63,889 bases of DNA, filler included, from Welwitschia mirabilis (GCA_051453625.1; 7 parts of one record of this genome joined end to end with filler, not necessarily neighbours in it), one strand, 5' to 3'. Counted from the first letter of the whole stretch, positions 1 to 14,049 are shown. The notes: generated by a model not told the origin, from the letters alone. A program made the numbers and translations.

Positions 1-479
1 TAAAAAAGAATTTAGATAATGGCAAAAGAAAGATCCTCTGCATGAAGAGGGGCTTCTAAAACAAGTGCTTCTACCATGTTCAAATTTTATCAGGAGATGA
101 CTCATAAAGTTTTAATCTTTGTCCATTAACCTTTTAGATTTATCTAATGTTTAGATTAGAGATTTTAACTGAGCCATTTTAGTGTACTTTTTCTATAAGA
201 TAAGTACCTAATCATTTATAAGTTAACTTTTTGTGTAAAAGGTGTACTTGGGTGTTATACAACAAGACAAGTCGACCAGGTTGAAACCGTTTATGAATAA
301 TCTTTTTATCATATCTAAACTTGGCTTGAGTTTTATGAATGAGTTGATGATGTAAGGCATGAGTACATTTTTCATCTAAATGGTTGAGTTGGGCTAGTCA
401 AACTTTAAGATTTTCATTCAAGTCAATAAGGTTAAGTTGATGGGTTAATTGATAGTAAACATCAACCAATAACATACAC

Positions 480-1900
480 ACTTTATCATACACAAGTTTA
501 TAGGGTGAGAAACCTAGAGAGTTATGCCAAGTAGTATGGTAAGATCAAAGAACATCATTAATTTTAGAGGACTAATTTTTATTGTTAACAAAGACTAATT
601 TTTAAAGCATTTTCTTGATTTCTCTATTTGCATTTTTAGCTTAACCATTGGTTTGAGGATGATAGGCACAAGCAATTCTATATTCAACACTAATGGATAA
701 AAGAAGTTTTCAAAAGAGGTAATTAATGAAATGAATTCCTAGATCACTAATGATAATTCATTGAAAATCAAATCATTGAAAAATATAAGTTTGAACAAAG
801 TTTCAAATGGTTTGGACATTATTTTTAGTAGTAGAAATAACTTCAACCCACTTAGTAACATAATTCACGGCTACAAGGATATAATTTTTCTCATACAAAG
901 GTGATGTAATTAGGCCTACAAAGTTAATTCCCCAATAATCAAAAGTTTCACATTCAAGTATGGGTTTGAGGGCAATATTATGAGAATAAGGTAGGCTACC
1001 ATATCATTGACATGCATCACACTTCCTAGAAAAGTTAAAGGAATCTTTGAAAAAAGTAGGCCAATAAAAACCAGAGTGAATAATTTCATGGTGGTAGTTT
1101 GGCTACAAAAATGTCCTCCACATATCCCACCATGGCAAAGTTTTAAAATTTCTAAGGTTTCCCATTTAGGCATACATTTACACATAATTTAATCTTTGCA
1201 ACATATATAAAGATGGGGTTCATTCCATGCATAGTTATCAATCCTATGAAGAAAATTTTTGCATTGATTTTGAGTCTAGTGCTGAGGAGTTTTCATAATC
1301 ATAAGGTAATTCACGATGTCAGTATACCAAGAAGTAGGATGAAAAGATAAGAGAGCATACAGTTATTTAATTACAAAGAGTTGTTCATCAAGAAAAGAGT
1401 CATTAATGGTAGTGTCATCAAGGGAGCAAGAAAGTCAAGAAAGATGATCAGAAACACTGTTATGTTTTCTAGCTTTATCAATGATGGTAAGATTAAATTC
1501 TTACATTAAAAGAATCCACCTAATAAGTCTGGCACTCGAATCTTTTTTAGTCAGGAGATAGTGGATGGTTGCATGATCTGTGTAAATATTGATATGAAAA
1601 CCAAGAGCATAATGTCAAAGATAATCTAAGTAAAAGATAATAGTAAGAATTTCTCTCTCAGTGGTAGTGTAGTTGGATTGGGTACTTGACAAATTTTTGC
1701 TAAGATAAGATATAACTTTGAAACCATTTTCATATTTTTGGCCAAGAACCCCTTCTACAGTAATGTTTCTTGCATNNNNNNNNNNAGATGTGTTCTTTGA
1801 GGGTTTCAAAAGTGAGTTGGCATGAATAATTCCAATTGAATTTAACATCTTTTTCAAGTAAGGAGTAGACAAGTTTTCAAGTTTTAGCATAATCATGAAT
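480..1900 (-). pseudogene. Athila-type pol RNase H + integrase remnant
   Basis: ORFs 1615-1896 and 916-1185 carry the gypsy RNase H motif (NYTTTERE) and integrase zinc finger (ILKLCHGGICGGHF). 500-560 reads DVL*SYHTTWHNSLGFSPYKLVY, resembling the canonical [22 protein letters not shown]. Confidence 0.85.
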
Positions 1901-3405
1901 AAGCATCAATAAAAGCCAACATGTCCAAGGAAAAATCTAACTTATTTGACATTAGTTGAAGGATTAAGATTTTTAATGATATCCACGTTTATGGAATCCA
2001 TTCTAATCCCTTCTTTTAAAATTTGATGACCTAAAACNNNNNNNNNNNNNNNNNNNNNNNNNNNNNNNNNNNNNNNNNNNNNNNNNNNNNNNNNNNNNNN
2101 NNNNNNNNNNNNNNNNNNNNNNNNNNNNNNNNNNNNNGTTTATGGGATTCATTCTAATCCCTTCTTTAAAATTTGATGACCTAAAACAATTTTATATTGG
2201 ACAAGGAAAAAAATCTTTTCCTAACTTAAGTGTAAACAACTTTAAATACATCAATCTAGGACGTTTTCTAATTTTACTATAGTTTATTCAAAAGTATCAC
2301 CAGAGATGGAGAAGTCATCCATAAAAACGTTAATAGAATCTTCTGTTATATAAAAAAAATTTCCATCATGGCTCATTGAAAGGTTTCAGGGATCTNNNNN
2401 NNNNNNNNNNNNNNNNNNNNNNNNNNNNNNNNNNNNNNNNNNNNNNNNNNNNNNNNNNNNNNNNNNNNNNNNNNNNNNNNNNNNNNNNNNNNNNNNNNNN
2501 NNNNNNNNNNNNNNNNNNNNNNNNNNNNNNNNNNNNNNNNNNNNNNNNNNNNNNNNNNNNNNNNNNNNNNNNNNNNNNNNNNNNNNNNNNNNNNNNNNNN
2601 NNNNNNNNNNNNNNNNNNNNNNNNNNNNNNNNNNNNNNNNNNNNNNNNNNNNNNNNNNNNNNNNNNNNNNNNNNNNNNNNNNNNNNNNNNNNNNNNNNNN
2701 NNNNNNNNNNNNNNNNNNNNNNNNNNNNNNNNNNNNNNNNNNNNNNNNNNNNNNNNNNNNNNNNNNNNNNNNNNNNNNNNNNNNNNNNNNNNNNNNNNNN
2801 NNNNNNNNNNNNNNNNNNNNNNNNNNNNNNNNNNNNNNNNNNNNNNNNNNNNNNNNNNNNNNNNNNNNNNNNNNNNNNNNNNNNNNNNNNNNNNNNNNNN
2901 NNNNNNNNNNNNNNNNNNNNNNNNNNNNNNNNNNNNNNNNNNNNNNNNNNNNNNNNNNNNNNNNNNNNNNNNNNNNNNNNNNNNNNNNNNNNNNNNNNNN
3001 NNNNNNNNNNNNNNNNNNNNNNNNNNNNNNNNNNNNNNNNNNNNNNNNNNNNNNNNNNNNNNNNNNNNNNNNNNNNNNNNNNNNNNNNNNNNNNNNNNNN
3101 NNNNNNNNNNNNNNNNNNNNNNNNNNNNNNNNNNNNTCTATTGGTTGATGTTGTAAAACTAAGGTTGGTTTCAATTCATCTTTAACATTAAACTCAATTC
3201 TTATGTCTTTCTTAGCAGCATCAAAGACTTTAATGGTAATTTTTTTATTGTTAAAATGGTATCTCATCATCCTAGATCATGTGTCAATGACACGATGGGC
3301 AGTTGCACAAAAGGCTCTTCCTAAAAGTAGTGGATATCCTCTATCATATTTTATTTCAATTATGACAACATCAATGGGATACAAATATTTTTTAATTTGG
3401 ATAAC

Positions 3406-3505
3406 NNNNNNNNNNNNNNNNNNNNNNNNNNNNNNNNNNNNNNNNNNNNTTAATTAATTAANNNNNNNNNNNNNNNNNNNNNNNNNNNNNNNNNNNNNNN
3501 NNNNN
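3406..3505. other. Artificial 100-bp assembly linker N44-TTAATTAATTAA-N44 (also 11787-11886, 33082-33181, 38526-38625, 44413-44512, 62177-62276)
   Basis: Six identical 44+12+44 blocks. The 12-mer places stop codons in all six frames. Confidence 0.97.
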
Positions 3506-5764
3506 TAAGTTGGAAAGAAATTGAGCAAGAAAAACTTTGCTAGGAATAACACGTTTTTGCTTTCTTCTTAATAAATCTTTCCATAACTTAGAATATTTGG
3601 AATTTTCTTGCAAGAGTTTCTAAAAGGGTAGGTTAATGTTGACTTATTGCATCAAAGCTCTTAAGTGTTCATCAAAAGTAGGATTTGTATTTAATCTATC
3701 AAGCCAAGGGGTGGGTGATTTCTTTTCTTTATTTTCCTTTGAAGNNNNNNNNNNNNNNNNNNNNNNNNNNNNNNNNNNNNNNNNNNNNNNNNNNNNNNNN
3801 NNNNNNNNNNNNNNNNNNNNNNNNNNNNNNNNNNNNNNNNNNNNNNNNNNNNNNNNNNNNNNNNNNNNNNNNNNNNNNNNNNNNNNNNNNNNNNNNNNNN
3901 NNNNNNNNNNNNNNNNNNNNNNNNNNNNNNNNNNNNNNNNNNNNNNNNNNNNNNNNNNNNNNNNNNNNNNNNNNNNNNNNNNNNNNNNNNNNNNNNNNNN
4001 NNNNNNNNNNNNNNNNNNNNNNNNNNNNNNNNNNNNNNNNNNNNNNNNNNNNNNNNNNNNNNNNNNNNNNNNNNNNNNNNNNNNNNNNNNNNNNNNNNNN
4101 NNNNNNNNNNNNNNNNNNNNNNNNNNNNNNNNNNNNNNNNNNNNNNNNNNNNNNNNNNNNNNNNNNNNNNNNNNNNNNNNNNNNNNNNNNNNNNNNNNNN
4201 NNNNNNNNNNNNNNNNNNNNNNNNNNNNNNNNNNNNNNNNNNNNNNNNNNNNNNNNNNNNNNNNNNNNNNNNNNNNNNNNNNNNNNNNNNNNNNNNNNNN
4301 NNNNNNNNNNNNNNNNNNNNNNNNNNNNNNNNNNNNNNNNNNNNNNNNNNNNNNNNNNNNNNNNNNNNNNNNNNNNNNNNNNNNNNNNNNNNNNNNNNNN
4401 NCCCTTTCTTCTTCCTTTTCATTCTTCACTTCTTTTAAATCTTTTATAACTTATCCTATATTATGATTTTCTTTAGTAGGTTTAGGCCAAGTTTAACTTA
4501 TTTCTACTAAAATTTCTAGCACACTCCATGCATAATCTAGGCCTAAATTCAACAAGTTTCCTTCACAAGAAAAATCTACAAGTTATTTTATTGAAGCATT
4601 CAATCCACTATAAAAATAATCTACTGACTCTTCTTTATGAAATTCATCAAGAGGATTGGAATGGCTAGCGATTGTAAAATGTTCATAAGCTGTTACATAA
4701 TCCTCATGCATTTGTTGTTAAAAGTTAGTTACTTCTTTTCTTCTCTTCATCATAGAAGTCTCACTCAAAAATCCTTTGATAAATACTTCTTGCACTTAAC
4801 TCCAAGATTTAAGGCTTTTATGTGGAGTAGTTTTGAACAAAACTTTTGCTTTTTCTCTAAGGGTAATTAGAAGGATAATCATGTAAGTATGGTCAATAAT
4901 ATGTTTTTCCCATTTCTTGAATTAAGAACAAGTTGTTTAATGTCAGCTACATGTTGAAAAAGATCTTCCTATGGTTTCCCCAGAAAAGTTGGATAAGCAC
5001 TTAAATCTCTTAATTTTACATCGTCTCTAGGAGGTAAATCAAAAGGATTTTGAATTTCATGTTTTCTATTAGCAATTAAATCCCTAATAGTAATGTTCAC
5101 ATTCGAGGAAGAAGTTCCTATTATAATTACAGTATTAGATTAAGCAACTTGCTTTTGTTTTTATGAAGCTTTTGATACATTTGACATATTCGAAAAAATG
5201 ATATAATCTACTTCTATACTATAATTATCTTTTACAAAATCTGATTCTAAAATAATAAAAGTAGAAAAATCTTCTTCTTCAATTCTATGAATTTGCGTAC
5301 CTGGGGTGTGCATACTTGGATTTAGCTTGATGTCAAATAATCCTTCTTTGATGTTTTCTTCACTCAGGTTATATTCTCTTTGATATTTTATCTTCTCACA
5401 AAAATTCATCATATCCTTGCATGCTTAAATAATTAACAAAAAGCTGAAATAAAAAATAACAGACCATTGTTCATCTTATTATGGAGATGATAAGAAGGAT
5501 AATGATTACAATAACAAAAATCCAAAACTGAAAAAAATTCTGATAGAAAGAAACTAGACTGTCGTTTAGACTATTGTGGGAATGAAGATACAACGATAGT
5601 TTATTATGTAGAAAAATAAAGAAAAATTATGAAAAATAGAAACTAATTTTAAAATTTTAAATTATCATGCACTATGTCATTGGGATGACAGAGAAAATGA
5701 TAAGATCCCTAATAAAATTTGCAAAAAATTAAATGATACAGAAATAAATCTACTTTAAACTATA

Positions 5765-7657
5765 TAGGAGGGGAAGGTTATTTATATTTTTTCATTTGAG
5801 GTTCTAGAAGCAAAATTCTAAAGGCAGGAAACAAAAATCCTAATAATCCACATGGTCCTTTGACCTCATTTATAAAGATATTCCTTTTGAACATGCATAA
5901 TCAGCTATCGTCTCATCTGTTATTAGGATGACATAGGAGACGACCCCATGTGTCACTTATTTCCATGTGCTCCACGTGTTGCTGTCAGCCCATAGCTTTT
6001 TAGTCCATATTAGCAGTTCCATCATCCTACCTGTTATGGGGATGACATAGGGGATGATGTCATGTGTTACATGTCTCCATGTGCTCCATATGCTACTATC
6101 AACCCCGTATCCTCTGTCCATATTAGTAGTGTTGTCATATTAGAATTCATAGGGATGATGTAGGGGATGAAGATCTTTCTTGTCATATTGGATGTCATGA
6201 GCATGATGTAGGGGATAACGATCTTCCTTTTCTCCAATCTTAAAGGTAAGTCAGTCTTTTGCATCATAAAGTCCTTCTTCCAAATATGCAATATTAGAAT
6301 AGGCTTGAGAAACTATCAAAAATGCTAAGGATCATATGTTTTACTGATCATCCTGTCAAATCTCCATATTCATTAGTATTGCATCAAAACCTATGTAAAT
6401 GTCCTACAAAAGTACTTAAAATACACCATCAAATTCTTACAAATTAGTATTACAATAGTCATCTTGCTTTTAATACACTTAAAANNNNNNNNNNNNNNNN
6501 NNNNNNNNNNNNNNNNNNNNNNNNNNNNNNNNNNNNNNNNNNNNNNNNNNNNNNNNNNNNNNNNNNNNNNNNNNNNNNNNNNNNTTATATTAATTAAGAA
6601 GAGTATTCACTAGTTCTTAACCAACATAAACTATGACATCTATTCAATTAAGATACGTAATGTAATATGAAATGAAATGAAAATGTAATAGCATGCACAT
6701 CTAATATTAACCAAGGTTAATCTTCACAAATTTTTCTCTTATGATCTAGATAAATTATAGAATTATCACTAAATTATGATCAATGTAAACCATAAGGGAC
6801 ATTCACAGAATTGGAATGAAAAGAGAAATTGTATTAATTCAAAAGAGTATTCGAAACATTACATGTACATACAAATAGAATAACAACACCTCAATGGAAG
6901 AGACTCTACCTAATACTAAGGAGACTCCCTTTTATAGTTCTAGATGGAACTTTTACCCTTTAATCATCTATTACAAGTATTAGGTAAAAAATATGGTCTA
7001 GAAATGAAGGAGGGGAATGTTATTTATAGTTTTTCCTTTGAGGTTCTAGAATAAAAACCCTAAAGTTAGGAAACAAAATCCTAACAATCCACACGGGTCA
7101 CTTGACCCCATTTACAAAGATATTTCTTTCGTATATGCAAAAATAGCTATTGTCCCATCTTCCGTTAAGATGATAGAGGGGACATATCGATGTGTTACAT
7201 GCCTTTATGCCTCACTATTATCCCTACAGCTTCTATCCATGTTAGTAGTGTCATCATCCTACATGTCATGAAAACAACATAGGAGATGACGCCATGTGCC
7301 ATATGTCTCCATATGCTTCATGTACTGCTATCAGCCTTAAAGCTTCTATCTATGTTAGCAGTATTATTGTCCTTTTTATCATGGGGACAACATAGGAGAT
7401 GATGATATTTTTTTTCTCTAATCTCAAAATTAAGTTAGTCTTTTTACATCATGAAGTCCTTCTTTCAAATATGCAGTCTCAAAATAGGCATGAGAAACTA
7501 CCAAAAATACTAAGAATCACATGTTTTACTAATCATCCTATCAGATCTCCATTGCATCAAAACCTATGTAAATGTCCTACAAAAGTACTCAAAATACACC
7601 ATCAAATTCTTACAAATTAGTATTACAATAGTCATCTTGCTTTTAATACACTTAAAA
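5765..7657. repeat. Two diverged direct copies (~5765-6484 and ~7008-7657) of an Athila LTR/leader segment
   Basis: Colinear blocks TTTGAGGTTCTAGAA..AGGAAACAAAA..ATCCACA, GGATGAC-type motifs and CAAATTCTTACAAATTAGTATTACAATAGTCATCTTGCTTTTAATACACTTAAAA occur in both copies. Confidence 0.85.
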
Positions 7658-10600
7658 GTAAAATCTCTTCTACTCTTATTGTAATGAAATCTAATTAGAA
7701 TAAATATTTTGAGTTAATGTGTGATGCTAGTAATATTGTTATGGATGTGATGCTTGGTCTATGAAAATGACTTTAAGTTATATCTTATCCTAGTAAAACT
7801 TTGTATAAAGTTTAAATAAATTATACTACTACAGAAAAAGAAATTTTAGTGATTATCTTTTACCTTAATACACTTAGACATTATCTTTTAGAATTTAATA
7901 CAAATATTTATACTAACCATGCAATAATTAGATACCTCATAACCAAGAAATATTCTAGTGCTATACTTACTAGATAGATCCTCCTCATGAAAAAATTTAA
8001 TTTGACCATCATTGATAAAGAAAGAAAGCATAATAGTGTAGTATATTATTTGCCATGTCTTTCTTCCTCTCTTGATGATCTTATAATTAATTATTCTTTT
8101 CCAAATAAATAACTTTTTATCATATCTTCTACTCATCTTCCTCCTTGGTATGTTGATATCACTAATTACCTTATTACCATGAAAACACCACAACATTAGA
8201 CTTATGATCAAAGGAAATCTTTTCTTCATAGAATAGGTGATTATATATAGATAGAGCCATATCTTTAGCATAGGTGTAAAACCCAAATCATGTGAAAATG
8301 TATGCCTAAGTGGGAAATATTTGACATCCTTCATCTATGTCATGGTGGTATTTGTAAAGGTCATTTTAATGGATATAAAATAGTTATAAAAATCCTTTAC
8401 TCTAGTTTTTATTAGCCTACTCTTTTTTAAGCTTCTTTTAATTTTACTAGAAGATGTGATACTTATAGTAGCCTTATTTGTTCTCAAGAAACTCCATTAA
8501 ACCTATTCTTGAATGTAAAATTTTTAATCATTGAAAAATTAATTTTGTAAGACCTATTAAATTACCTTATGATAATAAGAACTATATTTTAGTAACTATT
8601 GATTATGTCACTAAATGGATTGAAGCTATTCCTACTTCTATGAATGATGCTTGAACTATTTGTACTTTTCTTAGAACTCAAATTTTTTAATATTTTGATT
8701 TTCTTAGAATTATTATTAATGATTAAGGAACTTATCAACTATTTGAGAAACTTATTTTATCCATTGGAATATAATATAGAATAGCTTACGCTTATCATCT
8801 ACAAATCAATAATCAAGATAAAAATTCAAATAGAGAAATTAGAAAAAAATTCTATAAAGACTTGTCTCTGTTAATAAGAAATATTAGGATTCTAAGCTTA
8901 ATAATATTCTTCAGATTTACCATGCTACTTAGCATAATTCTCTTGGTTTTTTACCTTATCAACTTATATATAAAAAGGTTTATATTTTACCTGTTAATGT
9001 GTATTATAACTCTTATCATTATTCTCATCAACTTAATCTTATAGACCTTCATGAGAATTTTAAACATATATTAGATTAACTTGATCATATAGATGAAAAA
9101 AGTACTCATGCTACACATCATCAACTAATTCATAAAGCCAAAGCTTAGTTCATAGAAATTTACTTCATAAAAAGTTTAAACCTGATCAACTCATCCTTTT
9201 ATACAATACTATAGTACATTTTTTACATAATAAGTTGACCTCTAAGTGGGTGAGTTCTTATCTTATAGAGAAATTACATTCTAATGGCTTTGTTGAGATT
9301 TTAAACTTAAAAACTAAGGATATTTAGAAAGTTAATGAATAAAGGTTAAAAATATATTAAAAATCATTTGATACAACCTTAAACATGGTAGAAGCAATGA
9401 TTTTCAAGGTTTCCCTTAATGAGGAGAAGTTTCACCCTATCATTTTCTGAATTCTCTCTTAGCTTATTCCTTTTGTGGATGCTATGATGTCATTTAATCA
9501 TCTTTTAAACTTGATTTCTGTGTTTGATTTATGAAGTTTCCATGACTAGTATTTGTACTTAGGTATTTTATAGTGATAAGATTGATTCAGCCAATCTTAA
9601 AATATTCTCATGTCTATGAAATTTACTTTGAAGGAAGAGACCTTAGTTCTTGTGTTTTTTTCTAATTGTATGATGTCTTTAGTTGTTTAGGTGTGTTCTT
9701 TTCTATCTTTCATCTCACTTATTCACCTTCATCTTTTTAAGTGTGTGAGCATGTGGGAATTACTTGAAAAAAGTAAAGAGAAAATAATTACCATGATCTA
9801 TTGTATTTATACTAAACAAATACATGGTCATCATAATGTCCTATCATACAAGGGGAATTTTTTCTAAAAGGAAACCTTTAGCAGTGTTAATAGCTATGGA
9901 AACTCCACTAGAGGATCAGTTGGCCATGCTTCATGGGTTCTTACTTCTCTAATTTTCGATACACTTCATTCATCATGAAAAAGTTCTAATAAACTTTGAG
10001 GCTNNNNNNNNNNNNNNNNNNNNNNNNNNNNNNNNNNNNNNNNNNNNNNNNNNNNNNNNNNNNNNNNNNNNNNNNNNNNNNNNNNNNNNNNNNNNNNNNN
10101 NNNNNNNNNNNNNNNNNNNNNNNNNNNNNNNNNNNNNNNNNNNNNNNNNNNNNNNNNNNNNNNNNNNNNNNNNNNNNNNNNNNNNNNNNNNNNNNNNNNN
10201 NNNNNNAGTGAAATAATATGAAGTTGATATATTTTTTCATGCATTTTTACTTAGGTAGCTTTATGATGTCTTCCAAGAGGATTTGTTAGGTTAGAATTTA
10301 AGATAGGTAAACTATCTTCTTCATGTTTCTTATGTTAATTTGCATTCTACTTTTCTTTGATTATTTAGTTTATTATTTCAAAGCCATTTCTATGCTTTCT
10401 CATCCACACCTATAATCTTATCATTTAGTAGTTTTCTTATTAATATCTATTTCAATATCACATTGATTTTCTTTTAGCATTTTAATTAAACAAATAAATA
10501 GTTTATGCTTCACAGTTTTTATGAGATTCATTTGCATCTTTTAAATTTCTACAGTTTTTTCTATTTATTTATTAGTTTGACCACATTTTTTTACTCTTTT

Positions 10601-11579
10601 TTTTCAGGTTTTAACCTACTTAATATGTTTTTATTAGCCTATTTTTCATTTATTTTGAGTTTTTCTCATCATCCTGATTTGTCACAACTCTTTATCATTC
10701 CCTTTTTTTTGAAACTTTCTAATACATTATGTTACCTTTACACTAATATTTGATCCTAACTTACTTGACTAACATTTTCATTTTTTAACAACTTTTTTCA
10801 AGTTCCATCATCCACCCAATTGTTTAGATAATAAGAGGGACAACACTAAGATTTTTTTTGAAAGTTGTCCTGGGGCTATCATCAGGATGATGTGATCTGA
10901 TAATAGTGTAATAAAACCATGGCATCCATTATTTTTCCTCATTTTTCTTCCATTCTTTATTATTTCTACATATTCTCTTGAGAGATGAAAGTGTCCCTAG
11001 TTCCTGATGATGTGCTTGAACTTGTCCCTGCTAAATTCGCTTACCAGATTCCCATATTTTTATAAATTTTTAAAAATGAGGTATGTTCTTTTTTTCCTCA
11101 TTATTTTTTCTTCTATTTCTTAGTCTTTTGATATGTAGTTTTTATGTATGTTGTTCAATTTTTCTAGCTCTTTAATTAGGAACTTACAGATCTGATTTTT
11201 GCTATGTATTTTAAAAGATACAATAAATTCTATGTTTTATAAGATAAAATTAGGCTTTAAACTTTAAACTCATTTTGTCACAAACCATAAGTGAAAATGT
11301 AGTAATACTTTAAGGTAAATTGATCAGTACAACATGTTCTACATTTCTAGTAGATTAGATTTTTCATTTGAGACCTTTCACTTTTTACTTTATGTGGAAC
11401 CCACCTAAAACATAATTTTCAAATATTTTACGCATTTCACATTCTTTTCACATGACTAAGCAAAGGAGGATGTATTAACACTTTAAAGGAAAGGGGGACA
11501 AGACATACTTTCATAATTTTTACACATTTTTAATCAATTTTTTAGGTCATTTTGAGCATCCATGTGATGTATTTTAATT

Positions 11580-12609
11580 ATGTCTACTAAATCTCGCATG
11601 ACTTATTGTGCACTTATGATTGAGTAGGCTAGACACACATAGAGCTAGATAGGCTAAGGCTAAGGCTAAAGCTATTGAGCAAGAGGCAAGTCCATTATTA
11701 CCACTAAAGGTCAAGTGTGCAAAGCTAGTACATCCCCCCCTTGACAGGCTAGGTTTTTCACTATTCAAATAGCTATTATCCATGTTNNNNNNNNNNNNNN
11801 NNNNNNNNNNNNNNNNNNNNNNNNNNNNNNTTAATTAATTAANNNNNNNNNNNNNNNNNNNNNNNNNNNNNNNNNNNNNNNNNNNNCCATGTTGAGAGAT
11901 ATTTCGGGGATTTCTTGAGCCTTTTAGAGCTAGCGGTAAACCATAGGCTCACATATTTACATCTTCGATAGATTACAGATGCATAGGGTGTATATTATAT
12001 ATCAGAGACTAAGGAATTTTATGACACTATGCACATGAAGCGTCGTCTCGATGTCATGTACAAATGGCAGATATGATTATAGCCATGGTTCGAGGCCATG
12101 AAATAGTAATCCTTCCAAACCAAATTACAACTATGATAGATGTTGGTGGTATTAGGGGTGTTCATATATACACTCAACTAGTGGAATAAAGAAGCACTGT
12201 ACATATGGTGTAGCATTAGACATACTAGCTGACTTGACATTAGATAGATGGGGTGTTTTAGTAACTCAGTTGACTCTTGCCTATCAAATTTTACATAGAG
12301 GGATGATTCGCAACATCAGCCCATCCTTTCATGATAGTCATGTCATGGTGGATCATCTACAGATTTTGGTAGTATTCAGGTAGGGTGAGCAGATGGACTT
12401 ACTCATGTTTATATGGAGATAACTTAGGACTATATTATAGGCATAACAGTTACAACCTTTGGGATATCTATGCTTCCTCTTCGTTATGTATAGACTTCAT
12501 CTCGTTACTTATAGGACATGGGCATACATGCACTAGGAGAGGTAGAGAGATCTTAAGTTTAAAGACCTGTGGTTGGTGCCTCACTAAAGCAAATTCAGGT
12601 CCTTCTAGC
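11580..12609 (+). pseudogene. Athila 3' extra (env-like) ORF remnant
   Basis: Lies between pol and the 3' LTR. Reads ..GVYYISETKEFYDTM.. and ..ILHRGMIRNISPSFHDSHVMVDHLQILVVFR*GEQMDLLMFIW.., the motif series typical of plant retroelement extra ORFs. Interrupted by stops and a linker gap. Confidence 0.62.
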
Positions 12610-13600
12610 NNNNNNNNNNNNNNNNNNNNNNNNNNNNNNNNNNNNNNNNNNNNNNNNNNNNNNNNNNNNNNNNNNNNNNNNNNNNNNNNNNNNNNNNNNN
12701 NNNNNNNNNNNNNNNNNNNNNNNNNNNNNNNNNNNNNNNNNNNNNNNNNNNNNNNNNNNNNNNNNNNNNNNNNNNNNNNNNNNNNNNNNNNNNNNNNNNN
12801 NNNNNNNNNNNNNNNNNNNNNNNNNNNNNNNNNNNNNNNNNNNNNNNNNNNNNNNNNNNNNNNNNNNNNNNNNNNNNNNNNNNNNNNNNNNNNNNNNNNN
12901 NNNNNNNNNNNNNNNNNNNNNNNNNNNNNNNNNNNNNNNNNNNNNNNNNNNNNNNNNNNNNNNNNNNNNNNNNNNNNNNNNNNNNNNNNNNNNNNNNNNN
13001 NNNNNNNNNNNNNNNNNNNNNNNNNNNNNNNNNNNNNNNNNNNNNNNNNNNNNNNNNNNNNNNNNNNNNNNNNNNNNNNNNNNNNNNNNNNNNNNNNNNN
13101 NNNNNNNNNNNNNNNNNNNNNNNNNNNNNNNNNNNNNNNNNNNNNNNNNNNNNNNNNNNNNNNNNNNNNNNNNNNNNNNNNNNNNNNNNNNNNNNNNNNN
13201 NNNNNNNNNNNNNNNNNNNNNNNNNNNNNNNNNNNNNNNNNNNNNNNNNNNNNNNNNNNNNNNNNNNNNNNNNNNNNNNNNNNNNNNNNNNNNNNNNNNN
13301 NNNNNNNNNNNNNNNNNNNNNNNNNNNNNNNNNNNNNNNNNNNNNNNNNNNNNNNNNNNNNNNNNNNNNNNATAGTGTGATAATAGATCTCCTAGAGATA
13401 GGATTCATATAAGGAGATGAGATGGCATGGACCATTACGACATCACTAAACCACTGTTTCCCTAGTGATCTAGAGCATCCTCATTCTTCTCCTCCTGCAT
13501 TTGAGTCTGTTGCATATCATAAGTTCATCATGACATGATGAGGGGAGTGACTGGTGATTATATTTTTTTATCTTTCCCTTTATATATTATATCAAACTCT

Positions 13601-13602
<2 letters not shown>

Positions 13603-13644
<42 letters not shown>
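13603..13644. repeat. (AT)21 microsatellite
   Basis: Perfect dinucleotide run. Confidence 0.97.
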
Positions 13645-13647
<3 letters not shown>

Positions 13648-14049
13648 CAATCAGCATTATGTACATTTTTTGGATTTCATGTATATTTTTCTTATTACAT
13701 ACTATTTTTACACTTCATGATGAGGACTATTTGTTTTACCTATGATTATTTTCTTTATCTACTATACATTTTAGAGGGAGTCTATTGAGTATCAGCATAT
13801 TTAATGATTATCTTTTTGAAAATTTTTATCATAGGTTTATATTTTTCAAGAATATTATTTTAGCTTGTCATCCCCCATATTATTTGAATAACCATCAGGA
13901 TGACAGTATGGCCAGTTTCACTATAGAGGTAAAACATTTAGTTACCTATTTTTGGTAATTCTATCTACATGGTTCAGATTTCTAAAATTCTTTTTTGAGA
14001 TTATTTCATAATATCCTAGTTGTTTCTATTAATAGTCCACTTGGCTCGC

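Larger units (their letters stand above)
1..7690 (-). mobile_element. Degenerate Athila-type Ty3/gypsy LTR retrotransposon (5' LTR/leader, gag, protease, RT, RNase H, integrase; 3' end outside window)
   Basis: Minus-strand remnants lie in gypsy order: gag (~4500-5100; ...VNINLPLLE at ~3620-3700), protease region (~3140-3400), RT (~1900-2390), RNase H (GVLGQK..ISYLSKNL..TQSNYTTTEREIL, 1615-1780) and integrase (CHGGICGGHF; WGINFVG; SPYKLVY, ~480-1190). There are many stops and frameshifts. Ends are approximate. Confidence 0.88.

Noticed and set aside
1988..2187. Direct repeat on both sides of an N gap
   Set aside because: About 50 bp of near-identical sequence at adjoining contig ends inside a continuous RT. 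This is an unmerged contig overlap.
7888..8334. 148-aa minus-strand ORF as a gene
   Set aside because: It is the antisense shadow of the plus-strand Athila RNase H/integrase remnant.
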